Positions 29,650 to 39,499 of a DNA stretch of 64,000 nt are shown one piece after another; within the stretch, counting starts at the first letter, position 1, and every line of letters begins with the position of its first letter. Position numbers and translations under genes: made by a program. The notes below the pieces were generated by a model. It searched no databases, had not been told where the DNA came from, and was given only the letters and a program-made list of their open reading frames with translations. Source of the DNA: Nitrososphaeria archaeon (GTDB taxonomy: Archaea; Thermoproteota; Nitrososphaeria; JACIWG01). The DNA is taken from positions 1 through 64,000 of the forward strand of contig JBEKIG010000013.1 of assembly GCA_050011875.1 (NCBI GenBank), in the 5' to 3' direction.

Positions 29650-30840
29650 GTGTACAAATTGATATTGCGAAGAACAGGGGTTCATCCATTTCTTATATCT
29701 TCTGCGCCTGGTAGAGCCGACTTCCTTAACACCCATCAGGATTACAAAGGATTGCCAGTTGTTCCTATAGGCGTTAACCTAAGAACCTACATGCTTGCAA
29801 CACGTATACTTCCGAGAAGGTTTAGGATAATCAGCTTGGATTTAGAAGGGCAGAGAACAAATTATGTAGATGAATTTGATTTAAATGGTCTAGTTTTGGA
29901 GCGTGGCGCATGGTTCGGAAATTATTTAAGGGGCGTCCTCATGGCTTTACAAGCCTTCACAGGAAAAACATTTGACGATGGCCTAGAAGTACTGATTAAA
30001 AGCGATGTTCCAATCGCAGGTGGTTTAGCAAGTAGTGCAGCACTCGAAGTGGCTTTTGCCACACTCTTGAACAGCTATTATGATCTTAGGCTATCATGTA
30101 AAGATCTAGCGGAACAATGCTTTATCTCAGAAAACAGGATTCTAGGCATCCCCTGCGGCCGTCTCGACCAATACGGTTCCTCTTACGGTAAGGCGATTTT
30201 GTTGAAAACTAGGCCTCCCGTTGATGTAGAACTCTTACCTCTTGAAGACATAGATATCGTAACAGCAGATTCGGGCATAAGACATAGTACAGCAGATATA
30301 CATCCTAGAAGACAAGAAGATATCAATAGAGGCCTAAAAAAATTGATGGACTCCCCAGATGTCCCAGGTATACTTAAGGAAAGACTTGGCTACAGATTTG
30401 ATGAACCCAAATGGGAAGGCATAAATGAACAGGAGGTAGCCCCCTATCTTAAGCAATTGGATAAAACGGCTGCTAATCGAATACTTTACACACTTCGAGC
30501 ACATGCTTCCACCATGCAAGCGCTTAAGCTGATAAAATCAGGGCAGGTTAAAACAGAACTCGAAAAAATGGGAGAGATAATGAATGAGCAGCACATAATG
30601 ATGAGAGACATGTATGACTTAAGTCTGCCGCAGTTAGAAGGGATAAGGAATGCAATGATCAAAGATGGAGCATTTGGCGTGAAGATCAGTGGTGCAGGTC
30701 TTGGAGGCTGCCTTATAGGTTTAGTTAAAGACCCTTATTCAGGTGATAAAGTATTGAAAGCAGCATTAAAGGCAGGAGCTCTAAGAGGCTGGGTTCTCAA
30801 GGTAGACAGAGGTGCAGTCATAGAAAGTCAAGGTGGGTAG
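29650..30840 (+). CDS. galK: Galactokinase (GHMP kinase)
   Basis: APGRADFLNTHQDY, P..GGLASSAALEVA, CGRLDQY, KISGAGLGG; adjacent to galT. Confidence 0.9.
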   Translation: MYKLILRRTGVHPFLISSAPGRADFLNTHQDYKGLPVVPIGVNLRTYMLATRILPRRFRIISLDLEGQRTNYVDEFDLNGLVLERGAWFGNYLRGVLMALQAFTGKTFDDGLEVLIKSDVPIAGGLASSAALEVAFATLLNSYYDLRLSCKDLAEQCFISENRILGIPCGRLDQYGSSYGKAILLKTRPPVDVELLPLEDIDIVTADSGIRHSTADIHPRRQEDINRGLKKLMDSPDVPGILKERLGYRFDEPKWEGINEQEVAPYLKQLDKTAANRILYTLRAHASTMQALKLIKSGQVKTELEKMGEIMNEQHIMMRDMYDLSLPQLEGIRNAMIKDGAFGVKISGAGLGGCLIGLVKDPYSGDKVLKAALKAGALRGWVLKVDRGAVIESQGG

Positions 30841-31852
30841 CTTGAGCAACGAGCTTAGATGGAATCCATTATTAGGTACATGGATAATAGTTTCAAGTAA
30901 GAGAAAAGTTAGACCTTGGAGAGAAGAAACGTGCCCATTTTGCCCAGGGGGCCCAGAAATAAAAGGCAACTGGGATATCAAAGTACTCGATAACCTCTTT
31001 CCGGCTTTAAAAAAAGATGCCCAACCCTCCATAGGCACCAAAGACGTTTACAGGGTAAAACCCGCATATGGCTACTGTAAGGTGATTGTCGAAACACCTG
31101 AGCACGTAGGTGACCTCGACACCATCCCGTTTGACAATTTAGTTAAGGTAATCAAAGCTTTCCGTGAAGAAACAGTAAAACTGTGTGACGATAGGAGGAT
31201 CAGGTACGTTTATCCCTTTCGAAATAAGGGTGAACGTATAGGAGTGTCGCTGACACATCCTCATTCACAAATATACGCGTTATCATTTGTACCTTTCAGG
31301 ATCAGGAATGAACTGAACAATGCTAGGAGATTCTACAAGAAGAATGGAGAATGTATGTTTTGCCATATACTGAAACTTGAAGAATCAGAGGGAAAGCGTC
31401 TACTATATTTCAATAGATCTTTCACATTGTTTATGCCTTTCTTTGTGATGTGGCCCTACGAAACTCACATATACACAAACAGACATGTACCCGGATTATC
31501 TGATCTGACAGACGATGAAATAGTGGACTTGGCTGATATCATCAAAGTAGCAGTAGCGATGTACAATTCTCTCTTTGACTTTGATCTCCCCTACATTATG
31601 GCAGTACATCAAGCACCATGCAAAGACAACCATCAGCTCTATCACTTACACATAGAATTCTATCCTATACACCTATCCAAAGACAAAACGAAATACGCTG
31701 CTGGCATAGAATGGGGTGCTGGAGCTTTCACATATGACGACCTTCCAGAAGAGAAAGTGAATGAACTGAAAACAGCTCTTAAGAAAGCAACTGACAGACT
31801 AAGCAGTAACAGTTACCTAACGAAGGGGAAACCTGCCTATTCTTATTATTAA
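30833..31852 (+). CDS. galT: Galactose-1-phosphate uridylyltransferase
   Basis: RWNPL, CPFCPG, G.SL.HPHSQI. Confidence 0.95.
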   Translation: MGSLSNELRWNPLLGTWIIVSSKRKVRPWREETCPFCPGGPEIKGNWDIKVLDNLFPALKKDAQPSIGTKDVYRVKPAYGYCKVIVETPEHVGDLDTIPFDNLVKVIKAFREETVKLCDDRRIRYVYPFRNKGERIGVSLTHPHSQIYALSFVPFRIRNELNNARRFYKKNGECMFCHILKLEESEGKRLLYFNRSFTLFMPFFVMWPYETHIYTNRHVPGLSDLTDDEIVDLADIIKVAVAMYNSLFDFDLPYIMAVHQAPCKDNHQLYHLHIEFYPIHLSKDKTKYAAGIEWGAGAFTYDDLPEEKVNELKTALKKATDRLSSNSYLTKGKPAYSYY

Positions 31853-31919
31853 TAATATTACCACATTAGGATGGTTGGGATGATAATAAAATTGAAACCG
31901 TGCTTAAGGGATGAAATAC

Positions 31920-32411
31920 TCAGCCTTTGCTTTCATTTATCAATCGCTCTATGTTGTTTGCAAATTCTTCAGTAAGAGATTTCAAGTCTGATTCCTTAGC
32001 TATAAAGAAGAAGCAACAGGTTTTCTTTCCTGAACTATTTTGGTAACGTACATTTAAGTAGTAAAATCTTTGCGCTTTAGGAAATCCAAACAAACTGTTA
32101 GGTGCAAAGCCGCTGACCATTACAGCATCTCTCACTTGCCCTATCGGAATCTCAAAGCTACCCTCGTTCTTCAAACCCTCTTCTATCCTGTTTGAGAAGT
32201 CTCCAGCATTTACCCATACCTGACTTCCTAGGAACTTCCTAGTAACTTCCTCCGGATATTTTATGTACACGAGTCTCCGATTTGTTAGGATCAGTTGACC
32301 TCTTGATGACGGCGTATCCATACCAGAGAGCTGCTCCTTCTCGTAGAATGAGGTCACAACTTTTTGCACAAAATTCTCGGACAAGGAGCTCAAAACTATT
32401 AGGTCAGGCAT
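31920..32411 (-). CDS. Hypothetical protein, PH-like fold suspected
   Basis: GQLILTNRRLVYI..FEIP...V motif. Confidence 0.6.
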   Translation of the reverse strand: MPDLIVLSSLSENFVQKVVTSFYEKEQLSGMDTPSSRGQLILTNRRLVYIKYPEEVTRKFLGSQVWVNAGDFSNRIEEGLKNEGSFEIPIGQVRDAVMVSGFAPNSLFGFPKAQRFYYLNVRYQNSSGKKTCCFFFIAKESDLKSLTEEFANNIERLINESKG

Positions 32412-32865
32412 AATTATAAATTTATCTATCCACGGTTCTCTTAGGCCTTCGGTTGACTGATAAGGGTGTCAACGTTCTTTAATCCATTCTTAACCTCCTC
32501 TGCCTTTGTCTTCTCCCTTCATCTTTCCATTCTAGAAATTCTTCTATCGTCATAAACAACCATTCAAGTTCCTTAAGCAATTTAAGACCGCTCAAGACAT
32601 AGTAGAACTTCTCAAATCCTCCTTTTCTAAGTATTTCGAATATTACGCTGCTGTTAAGTTTTTCAAAATGGGATAATGTCTAGAAGAGTTTTATTCTATC
32701 ATTGTTTTTGTGATTTGGGAAAATCGATGCGCACCCATGTCATGTAATCTAAAGGCAGCTGAGTGGACACTGAAGGCAGATCCCTTTTGTAAATCTGGAA
32801 CCGGATCGATGGCATAGGTTCTAGTGACCTCCCGGAAGATTAATAAATTAATTAATTGCTAGCAA

Positions 32866-34236
32866 ATGGAAGTAATTAAAATGGATAAGATCAGAATTGG
32901 TTTCGTTCCAGGAAAAAGGGATAGTAGTTGGTATAGCGATGAATGGGCTAGAGATATGAAGCAACGCACACTGGGAGCTCTCTCAAAGATAAAGGGTTTA
33001 GAGATAGTCACTCCAGATGAGAAACTGACTCGAGCAGGAATGGTACGGAACGATGACGACGCAAGGAAAGTCATCCAGCTATTCAAAGAAAAGGAAGTAT
33101 CAGGGATTCTCATAGGAGGAATGGACTTCTCAGACGAAATCTCAGCCTGCATGGTTCCCGCGGCCTTCCCAAGCGTTCCTGTTTTAGTCTTCGCCACCGA
33201 AGAGTCACCCAAAGTCCCCCTACCGACCATGACAGTTCAGACAAGCGACTCCTTCTGCGGCACCCTTTCCATAGCCTCAGGACTATATCGAAGGAAGATT
33301 CCCTATCTCTTCTATGGTGTATGTAATCCTGAAGACCAACCATTCGTTGAATATGTTGAGAATTTTGTCCGCGCCTGTGCTGTAGTAAAGAACTTCCGTG
33401 GGACATACATTGGTCAAATAGGTACAAGGCCGCCTGACTTTGAAACCTGCTCCATCGACGAGCTAATTCTGCTTTCAAAGTTCGGGATTAGAGTAGTACC
33501 AATTTCCCCCCAAACAATATTGTCTACAGCGAATAGTTTAAAAGATGACGACCCCGACGTGGTTAAGGTTCTCGAGGATACCAAGAATGGGGCGGATACA
33601 TCTGCTGTGCCTACAGAACAACTTAAGAAAATGGCAAAGATCGAGATTGCAATAAAACGTTGGGTTGACCATAAGAAGCTTTCAGGATCAGGCATCAGTG
33701 GGGATCTGTGGCCAACAGGATACATCGAAGGTAGACTGATAGACCAAGGTATCATGATGGGGTTCGAAACCGATGTGATGGGCTGTCTCACAATGCTAAT
33801 GCAGTACTCTGCATCAATAAATACGAAGTCTGTGTTCCTGATAGACTGGACCCTCAAGCATCCGGAGAAGAAGAATGTCTTCCTCGTATGGCATGTAGGA
33901 AACGCCCCCCCTTCAATGGCGGTGGGGAAGGTCATATTAGATCAGAGTGGTATGCCCCACTTCAAGCTTAGGCCAGGAGTGGTCACCTTCAGCAGACTCG
34001 TCGAGTACGATGGGAACTTTAAAATGTTGCTCTCTAAAGGGAATCTTCTAGAGATTGGGGAGAGACATGAGGCAAGGTTCACATGGGCTTGGGCCGAGGT
34101 AGAGGATCTCGCTAGGTTGTACACGACCATAGGTAGAGAAGGATTCATCCATCACGCGGCAATGATCTATGGCGACTACACTCAGGCCATTAAGGATGCA
34201 TGTTTCTTTCTAGGTATCCAAGTAGTGGAAGCCTGA
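32866..34236 (+). CDS. L-fucose/L-arabinose isomerase family protein
   Basis: DSFCGTLSI, IG.RP..FET, ETDV.G, WH.GNAP, GFIHH; paralog at 52383-53795. Confidence 0.85.
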   Translation: MEVIKMDKIRIGFVPGKRDSSWYSDEWARDMKQRTLGALSKIKGLEIVTPDEKLTRAGMVRNDDDARKVIQLFKEKEVSGILIGGMDFSDEISACMVPAAFPSVPVLVFATEESPKVPLPTMTVQTSDSFCGTLSIASGLYRRKIPYLFYGVCNPEDQPFVEYVENFVRACAVVKNFRGTYIGQIGTRPPDFETCSIDELILLSKFGIRVVPISPQTILSTANSLKDDDPDVVKVLEDTKNGADTSAVPTEQLKKMAKIEIAIKRWVDHKKLSGSGISGDLWPTGYIEGRLIDQGIMMGFETDVMGCLTMLMQYSASINTKSVFLIDWTLKHPEKKNVFLVWHVGNAPPSMAVGKVILDQSGMPHFKLRPGVVTFSRLVEYDGNFKMLLSKGNLLEIGERHEARFTWAWAEVEDLARLYTTIGREGFIHHAAMIYGDYTQAIKDACFFLGIQVVEA

Positions 34237-34479
34237 GTTAGAACTGGGTTAACAACATTCAACTGGACACAAACAACTTAGTAGTAAAAACCAAAAGCAT
34301 CATATAACATGATACAGATTGTGACTCAACTCACAATCTGCAGAGTCATTTCTATAGATTTCTTGCTGAAGAGCTTGATTGATAAACAATGCATGCGCGT
34401 TCTTAAGTCTCTGTCTTTTAAGAAGTCTAATAGCTGAAGATTCTTCTATTAGCTTATTCTGTTTTAATATAACCCAAAT

Positions 34480-34920
34480 TTGGTCCTAGAAGGGTATCCA
34501 AACCTTAATTTAGTAGTGGTGAACAACTATAGAGAAGAAGGAAATATGTCAATCTTAGGATTAAGTCATTTCATGATACAAGCCAAAGACCTGAAGGCAA
34601 CCTTGCATTTTTACAGTAAGGTCATGGGGTTACCAGTCCTACGCATAACAGGTACCGAGGATAATCCCCAATTCCTGATCTTCAGGGACATAGAGATCTC
34701 CCAGCGAAAGGGCATGGCAACAATCCCTGATCCGGACACAGCGTCAATTCTCCATATAGCATTCTACGTCGATAACATCGAGGAGATCGTTAAGCAGATG
34801 ACAAAGAAGGGTGCTGAGTTCTTTGTCCCGATAACTCTGAACAAGGATGGAAGCAAGTGGGCTATATGTCGGGACCCCGATGGTAATAGGATAGAAGTTA
34901 CTACTGCCCCTCACTTTTAG
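34480..34920 (+). CDS. VOC/glyoxalase family protein (start probably at MSILGLSH)
   Basis: H...FYSKVMG, HIAFYVDNIE, RDPDGNRIE. Confidence 0.9.
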   Translation: MVLEGYPNLNLVVVNNYREEGNMSILGLSHFMIQAKDLKATLHFYSKVMGLPVLRITGTEDNPQFLIFRDIEISQRKGMATIPDPDTASILHIAFYVDNIEEIVKQMTKKGAEFFVPITLNKDGSKWAICRDPDGNRIEVTTAPHF

Positions 34921-35129
34921 AATAAAACTTCTTAATAATCCATCGCAACGAAGCCTTTTCTATTATGCTTTGGCATCCTCAGCCCACTCTTCTCATCCTG
35001 CTTAGTCTATTTCACCCTCTCTTATTATTTCATTTTCTTCCAATTCTCTTAAACTCTGTACACCATATTTAAGCCTGTAATTAGTGCACTTATCCCCGCG
35101 CTGGGCCCACTTACTATTATAGTAATTGT

Positions 35130-35147
35130 GAAATTTATTAGCTTTAA
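35130..35147. repeat. 18 bp direct repeat GAAATTTATTAGCTTTAA, left copy (overlaps the methyltransferase stop codon)
   Basis: Exact match to 35741-35758. Confidence 0.85.
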
Positions 35148-35656
35148 GATATTTCCTTGATTACCGCTGTGTCTTCATCATTAGATTTATGGATGATCTC
35201 TACACGATACCTATCCTTGGGTATCTCATCAACCATTTTTCGTACTCCTGAGAAATCGTAGTTGTGGACAAAGACCGCCGTTTTACCTTGCATGAGAAGC
35301 CTTGAGCACATCCAATCGTTGTAGGCTTCACTGTAGGATTTGCCTGCGTCGATGAATATCAGGTCCATTTTAGGTAAAGCTTTGACGGACCTGGGAAGAG
35401 TATCCGCGGTATCACCCTTGAAAAGCCTAAACTTACACCCTGTCCCCTCAAGCTTTTCCTCTATCTGTTCTAAACTGTAGTTACTGAAAAAGTCGAACCC
35501 GTAATACTCCACCTCTTCGGGCGGAAGATTTTCTATGGCAGCTTCAACCATGGCTTTTGCGTTTTCACCGTTTAAGACACCGATCTCCATGATCCTCCTA
35601 CAGCAGTTCCTGCGGATATACTCGTTAAGGAATGAATGTGATCCATACCAAGGCAA
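35144..35656 (-). CDS. Class I SAM-dependent methyltransferase (Methyltransf_24-like)
   Basis: MEIGV..G, YYGFD, GDT, DLIFIDA.K.Y. Confidence 0.85.
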   Translation of the reverse strand: MPWYGSHSFLNEYIRRNCCRRIMEIGVLNGENAKAMVEAAIENLPPEEVEYYGFDFFSNYSLEQIEEKLEGTGCKFRLFKGDTADTLPRSVKALPKMDLIFIDAGKSYSEAYNDWMCSRLLMQGKTAVFVHNYDFSGVRKMVDEIPKDRYRVEIIHKSNDEDTAVIKEIS

Positions 35657-35740
35657 AGTTGACTTCGTCCTTCCTAGTAAATACTAAAAATCTGTATCCT
35701 TTAAGTCTTATCTGAGATAGGCAGCTCAGATTAGAAGTGG

Positions 35741-35758
35741 GAAATTTATTAGCTTTAA
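35741..35758. repeat. 18 bp direct repeat GAAATTTATTAGCTTTAA, right copy
   Basis: Exact match to 35130-35147, 611 bp apart. Confidence 0.85.
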
Positions 35759-35854
35759 AATCGATTATTTAAATCATGAATTAGCACTTTTTGATGTTAT
35801 TATTAGCCTATGATCAAGACATTTTGGTAACAACCTAGCGAAGAATGGGTTAGT

Positions 35855-36897
35855 TTACTTTTGAAGTCTCTTATGAATAGCAGTCAACAGCTCCATTTCC
35901 GTCATTGGTTGGAAGTCGGCGCCAAAGCGCTCTTTGGCTATTTCGTAGACCGTTTGATTAATAGGCATTATAAGCCCAGCTTTTTGAGCGAGGGTCAGCA
36001 TGTATACCCGTTGAGGGATTCAAGTTCGGTGTTGGTTTTGCCCGCTAAGAGGTCCTGCGCGGTGCTATTCAGGCCCAGTTCTTCACGCACTGCCAACCTG
36101 TAGAAGACGCTGGTAACGGATCTTGGGAGCATGGCGCTCATTCTGATGACACTCCAAGATGGGATATTGCCGAGCTCGTGTTCCTTAAACCCGGCTGCCT
36201 TAATAACTTGGATTCCTTCCCAGATGAGCCTTACGGACATATGTGTAAGGGCGTCGAAGGACCTAAGAGGCCACTCTTGGAATCCTATTAGAGCAGCCAA
36301 AGCGTTTGTTAGGTTGATCGCTAATTTACAATGGACTGCGTCTTCCAAGCGGTTCGTAATATTGCAATCCAATCCCAATCGCAGGATGGCTGCGACCTGC
36401 TGCTGTTCGGTCTGAAGGTCGTTCCTTAGAGTGCCGAGGGTGATGTATCCCCGTTTTTGGTGTCCTACTCTCCCGGGTCCATCTCGCCACGCGTTGAAAC
36501 ATACCACGCCGTAAATGACCTTTGTAAAAAATCTGGGAAGAATCCGCTGATTTTCTACACCGTTCTGTAAAGCAACAACAATCGGTTGATGGGACCCAAG
36601 TTGTTCCCGAAGTCCCGCAGCTGTCGCTTCAAGGTCGTAGTTTTTAACGGTGATTACAATTATGTCTGGAGGCGAAATCTCGTCTAACGATTCAACGATT
36701 TTGACAGAGATTGGAGCAGCATTGGCTTGTTCGCCTTTGAGGTAGAACTTTAATCCTTCATTCCTGATAACCTCGGCGCTCTCTCCCCGTGCGAGCAAGA
36801 ATAACCTATCATACTTCGGCGAAATCCATCCGGTCACGCTCGAACCGATGGCGCCCGCTCCCACAACCACAAAACTGAGTTTTTCATCCAACGACAT
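35855..36897 (-). pseudogene. panE: 2-dehydropantoate 2-reductase family gene with a C-terminal frameshift
   Basis: VVGAGAIG, TVKNYD, LQNGV, K...N, ELESLNG; 2 bp TA duplication near 36003-36006; the other frame continues YMLTLAQKAGLIMPINQTVYE...RLQK*. Confidence 0.8.
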
Positions 36898-37110
36898 CGA
36901 CGTTTAATGTATCTTCGGAAATAACGTTAATAAACTTGGGGACATTGCAGGTGAACAGATGCGTTTTGATTTTTGCTCACTGAACTTTGGGTTCTCCTAT
37001 AATGCGATAACTTGCATCTTTTTTAGGTTTGCAGATCAAGGTTAAAGTAGGTATTACATTTGTATATATATTACATACTTACCTTTACACAATCTTACAA
37101 TATATTTGAT

Positions 37111-37148
37111 ACTATTATTGTAATTGCGAAATTTCTTGGCTTAAATCG
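37111..37148. repeat. Degenerate unsplit copy of the site that flanks the methyltransferase unit
   Basis: ACTATTATTGTAATTGCGAAATTTCTTGGCTTAAATCG versus the rejoined ACTATTATAGTAATTGTGAAATTTATTAGCTTTAAAATCG. Confidence 0.6.
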
Positions 37149-37149
37149 G

Positions 37150-37965
37150 TTACTTACTGATACCTGAAAGGGCCTGTCTGACTATAGGCATTTTTTCTTT
37201 TATCCATCCATATAGAATTTGAAGATCAGTACCATTGCAGAAGTCCATAACCCCTAGGTCGGTATACTTCTGAACTTCTTCTTTAGTGAACTTAGTGCCC
37301 AACTCAACTCTTGGTCTAATTCCCATTTTGATAGCTGTCTTGATGGTTTTAAGTTCAGCCTCCTTTACCTTTGGATGGTTGAATTCACCTGCGATGCCTA
37401 AACTTATCGAATAATCGCACGGGCCGAATTGGACCATGTCTATTCCCTTAAGTGATAGTATTTCTTCCAAATTGTCAACTGCAGATTTTTTTTCAATCAT
37501 AAATGCAATTACTGTTTCATTCATAGCTTTAACAAATTCTTTAGAGCCGCCTTCAAGCCCGTAGTTCGCGCTTCTTCTTGAATTGCAACCGTGAACTCCT
37601 TTGTCTTCTGGAGTCTCCATTTTAACAGCCTTAATACATTCTTCACCCTCTGCGACATTTCTGACATCAGCAAATAGTAGATTTTGTATGCCTGAGCCCA
37701 ATGCTCTCGTTGCTAAGAATGTTTTTGGCTGTTGGTCAATTTTCATCATAGACGACATTCCCATCAAATCACAGGCTCTTGCGATATTTTCTAGACTGAA
37801 CAGATCAAACGGCGCGTATTCTCCGACAAATTCTATGTAGTCGATTTCTTTTGCAGCCCCAATTATTTCTACTACACCTGGCCAAGTGTTAAGTATATGT
37901 GTTCCTAATGTTGGCTTGCCTTGTTTTATTAATTCCCTAAGCTTATTGTTCTTCAAATTAAACAC
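37150..37965 (-). CDS. HpcH/HpaI aldolase family (2,4-dihydroxyhept-2-enedioate aldolase-like)
   Basis: EFVGEY, MIEK..AV.NLEEIL..GIDMVQFGPCD.S.SLG. Confidence 0.9.
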   Translation of the reverse strand: MFNLKNNKLRELIKQGKPTLGTHILNTWPGVVEIIGAAKEIDYIEFVGEYAPFDLFSLENIARACDLMGMSSMMKIDQQPKTFLATRALGSGIQNLLFADVRNVAEGEECIKAVKMETPEDKGVHGCNSRRSANYGLEGGSKEFVKAMNETVIAFMIEKKSAVDNLEEILSLKGIDMVQFGPCDYSISLGIAGEFNHPKVKEAELKTIKTAIKMGIRPRVELGTKFTKEEVQKYTDLGVMDFCNGTDLQILYGWIKEKMPIVRQALSGISK

Positions 37966-38237
37966 CGATTAAAGATTGGATGTAGCTTATATAAATATAT
38001 ATAAGTAAACGTCCAAAAGAAATAAAAGTCTCAAGGCAATAATCATTAGAATATTGAGACACATGACATCGTTGAACATCCTATAAAAGACAAATTGAGT
38101 GAAGGAGATTACAACTATCTGCATCAGATAGAGAACCTAGCTGATTAATAAAAAAGTAGGAGGTCAGATGAAAGAACAGCACTTGAAGGAAATCTCAGGA
38201 TTAGAAGCATTCTTGCAATCTTGAGCGAAATGCATGT

Positions 38238-39359
38238 TTATTTATTATCTCGATATTTTTCCAGTGCTCTATTGTTCAGTACCATGCCAAGCCCTGGTCT
38301 GTTTGATACTTTTACGTAGCCTTTTTCTGCTCTGATCTGCATATCTACAAGCTCATTTCTTAATGGCGTTTCATACACAGGGAATTCTATGAATGGGCTG
38401 TTCGATAGCGAACATATGACATGGAGATTTGCGGCAAGTCCGAAAGCTGGTACTGACGAACAAGAAATGTGGGGTATACATTTTATTCCCCAAACGCTAG
38501 CCATCGTACCCACCTTCTTACATTCAAGGATTCCTCCTACCGAAGTGGCGTCTGGTTGAACAACGTCAACGGCCTGTTTGGAGAGCAATTCACCGTATTC
38601 ATATCTGGTAAAAAAGCATTCCACTCCTGAAAGTGGGATATCTATCTTATTTTTCAGATTCAGCATTTCTCTGACATATTCCTCAACGCTATGCGCTTTG
38701 ACAGGCTCTTCGAACATGCTTACTTCATATCTCGAATACTTTTTGGCCATTTCAACAGCTTGATTATGGTCGTAGGCCATATTACCGTCAACAAAAAGCT
38801 CAACTCCATTGTCAACCTCCTCTCTAACGCCCTTAACGATCTCTATATCTTTGTTTAGACCTAGTCCTGTTCTTAGTTTTATTGCGGTATAGCCTTGTTC
38901 GACAAACTCTTTACATTCCTTCCTGATTATTTTAGGTTCCTTTAGACTTGGTGCAGCATATGCTCTTACGGAATTTTTATATCCACCAAGTATTTTGTAT
39001 ACAGGTTTCCAACAAGCCTTTCCGATGATATCCCATAATGCATTCTCTATTCCACTAATAGCGTATGTTTCAAAACCTCTCCTACCCCACATATGGGTAA
39101 CATCATACATCTCCTGCCAGATAGATTCGACGTCAAAAGGATCTCGCAATAGAACTACCGATTTCAACTTTTCAACTTGGGGCTTGATGAAGGGTTCATA
39201 GGTTGAGCTAAACCCTGCTTCACCAACGCCCTCAATATTATCGTCAGTTTCTACTCGCACAAGAGTACTCCCAAGAACTGGCACCTTCATTGCACCCCAC
39301 CTTAATGGCGAACCTAATTTCTATGAGACAGATATTATCTCAATATTCGAAATTTTCAA
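38238..39359 (-). pseudogene. Mandelate racemase/muconate lactonizing (enolase superfamily) enzyme with an in-frame TAG at codon 13
   Basis: Upstream in-frame TTG gives LKISNIEIISVS*KLGSPLRWGAMKVP...; AISGIENALWDI.GK, K-x-R, D-G-N, EEP, QPD, PGLG. Confidence 0.75.
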
Positions 39360-39499
39360 ACACAATACCTATTGTAACCTAGTTTTAATCACATATTTAC
39401 GATTTTACAAATTTATCACCGCTTCTTATAGCTTAGTTTATACCCCACCGGTTGCAGTAAAATTCAAATAGATGAATTAAACAGAAAAATAGAGTTCAA

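Noticed and set aside
32440-32680. Possible decayed sugar-phosphate isomerase/epimerase C-terminus on the minus strand
   Set aside because: Needs several frame changes and shows no diagnostic motif; too weak to call
35089-35110. TTATCCCCGCGCTGGGCCCAC resembling a type I-E CRISPR repeat or a tRNA 3' end
   Set aside because: Single partial copy, no spacers, no cas genes, no T-loop
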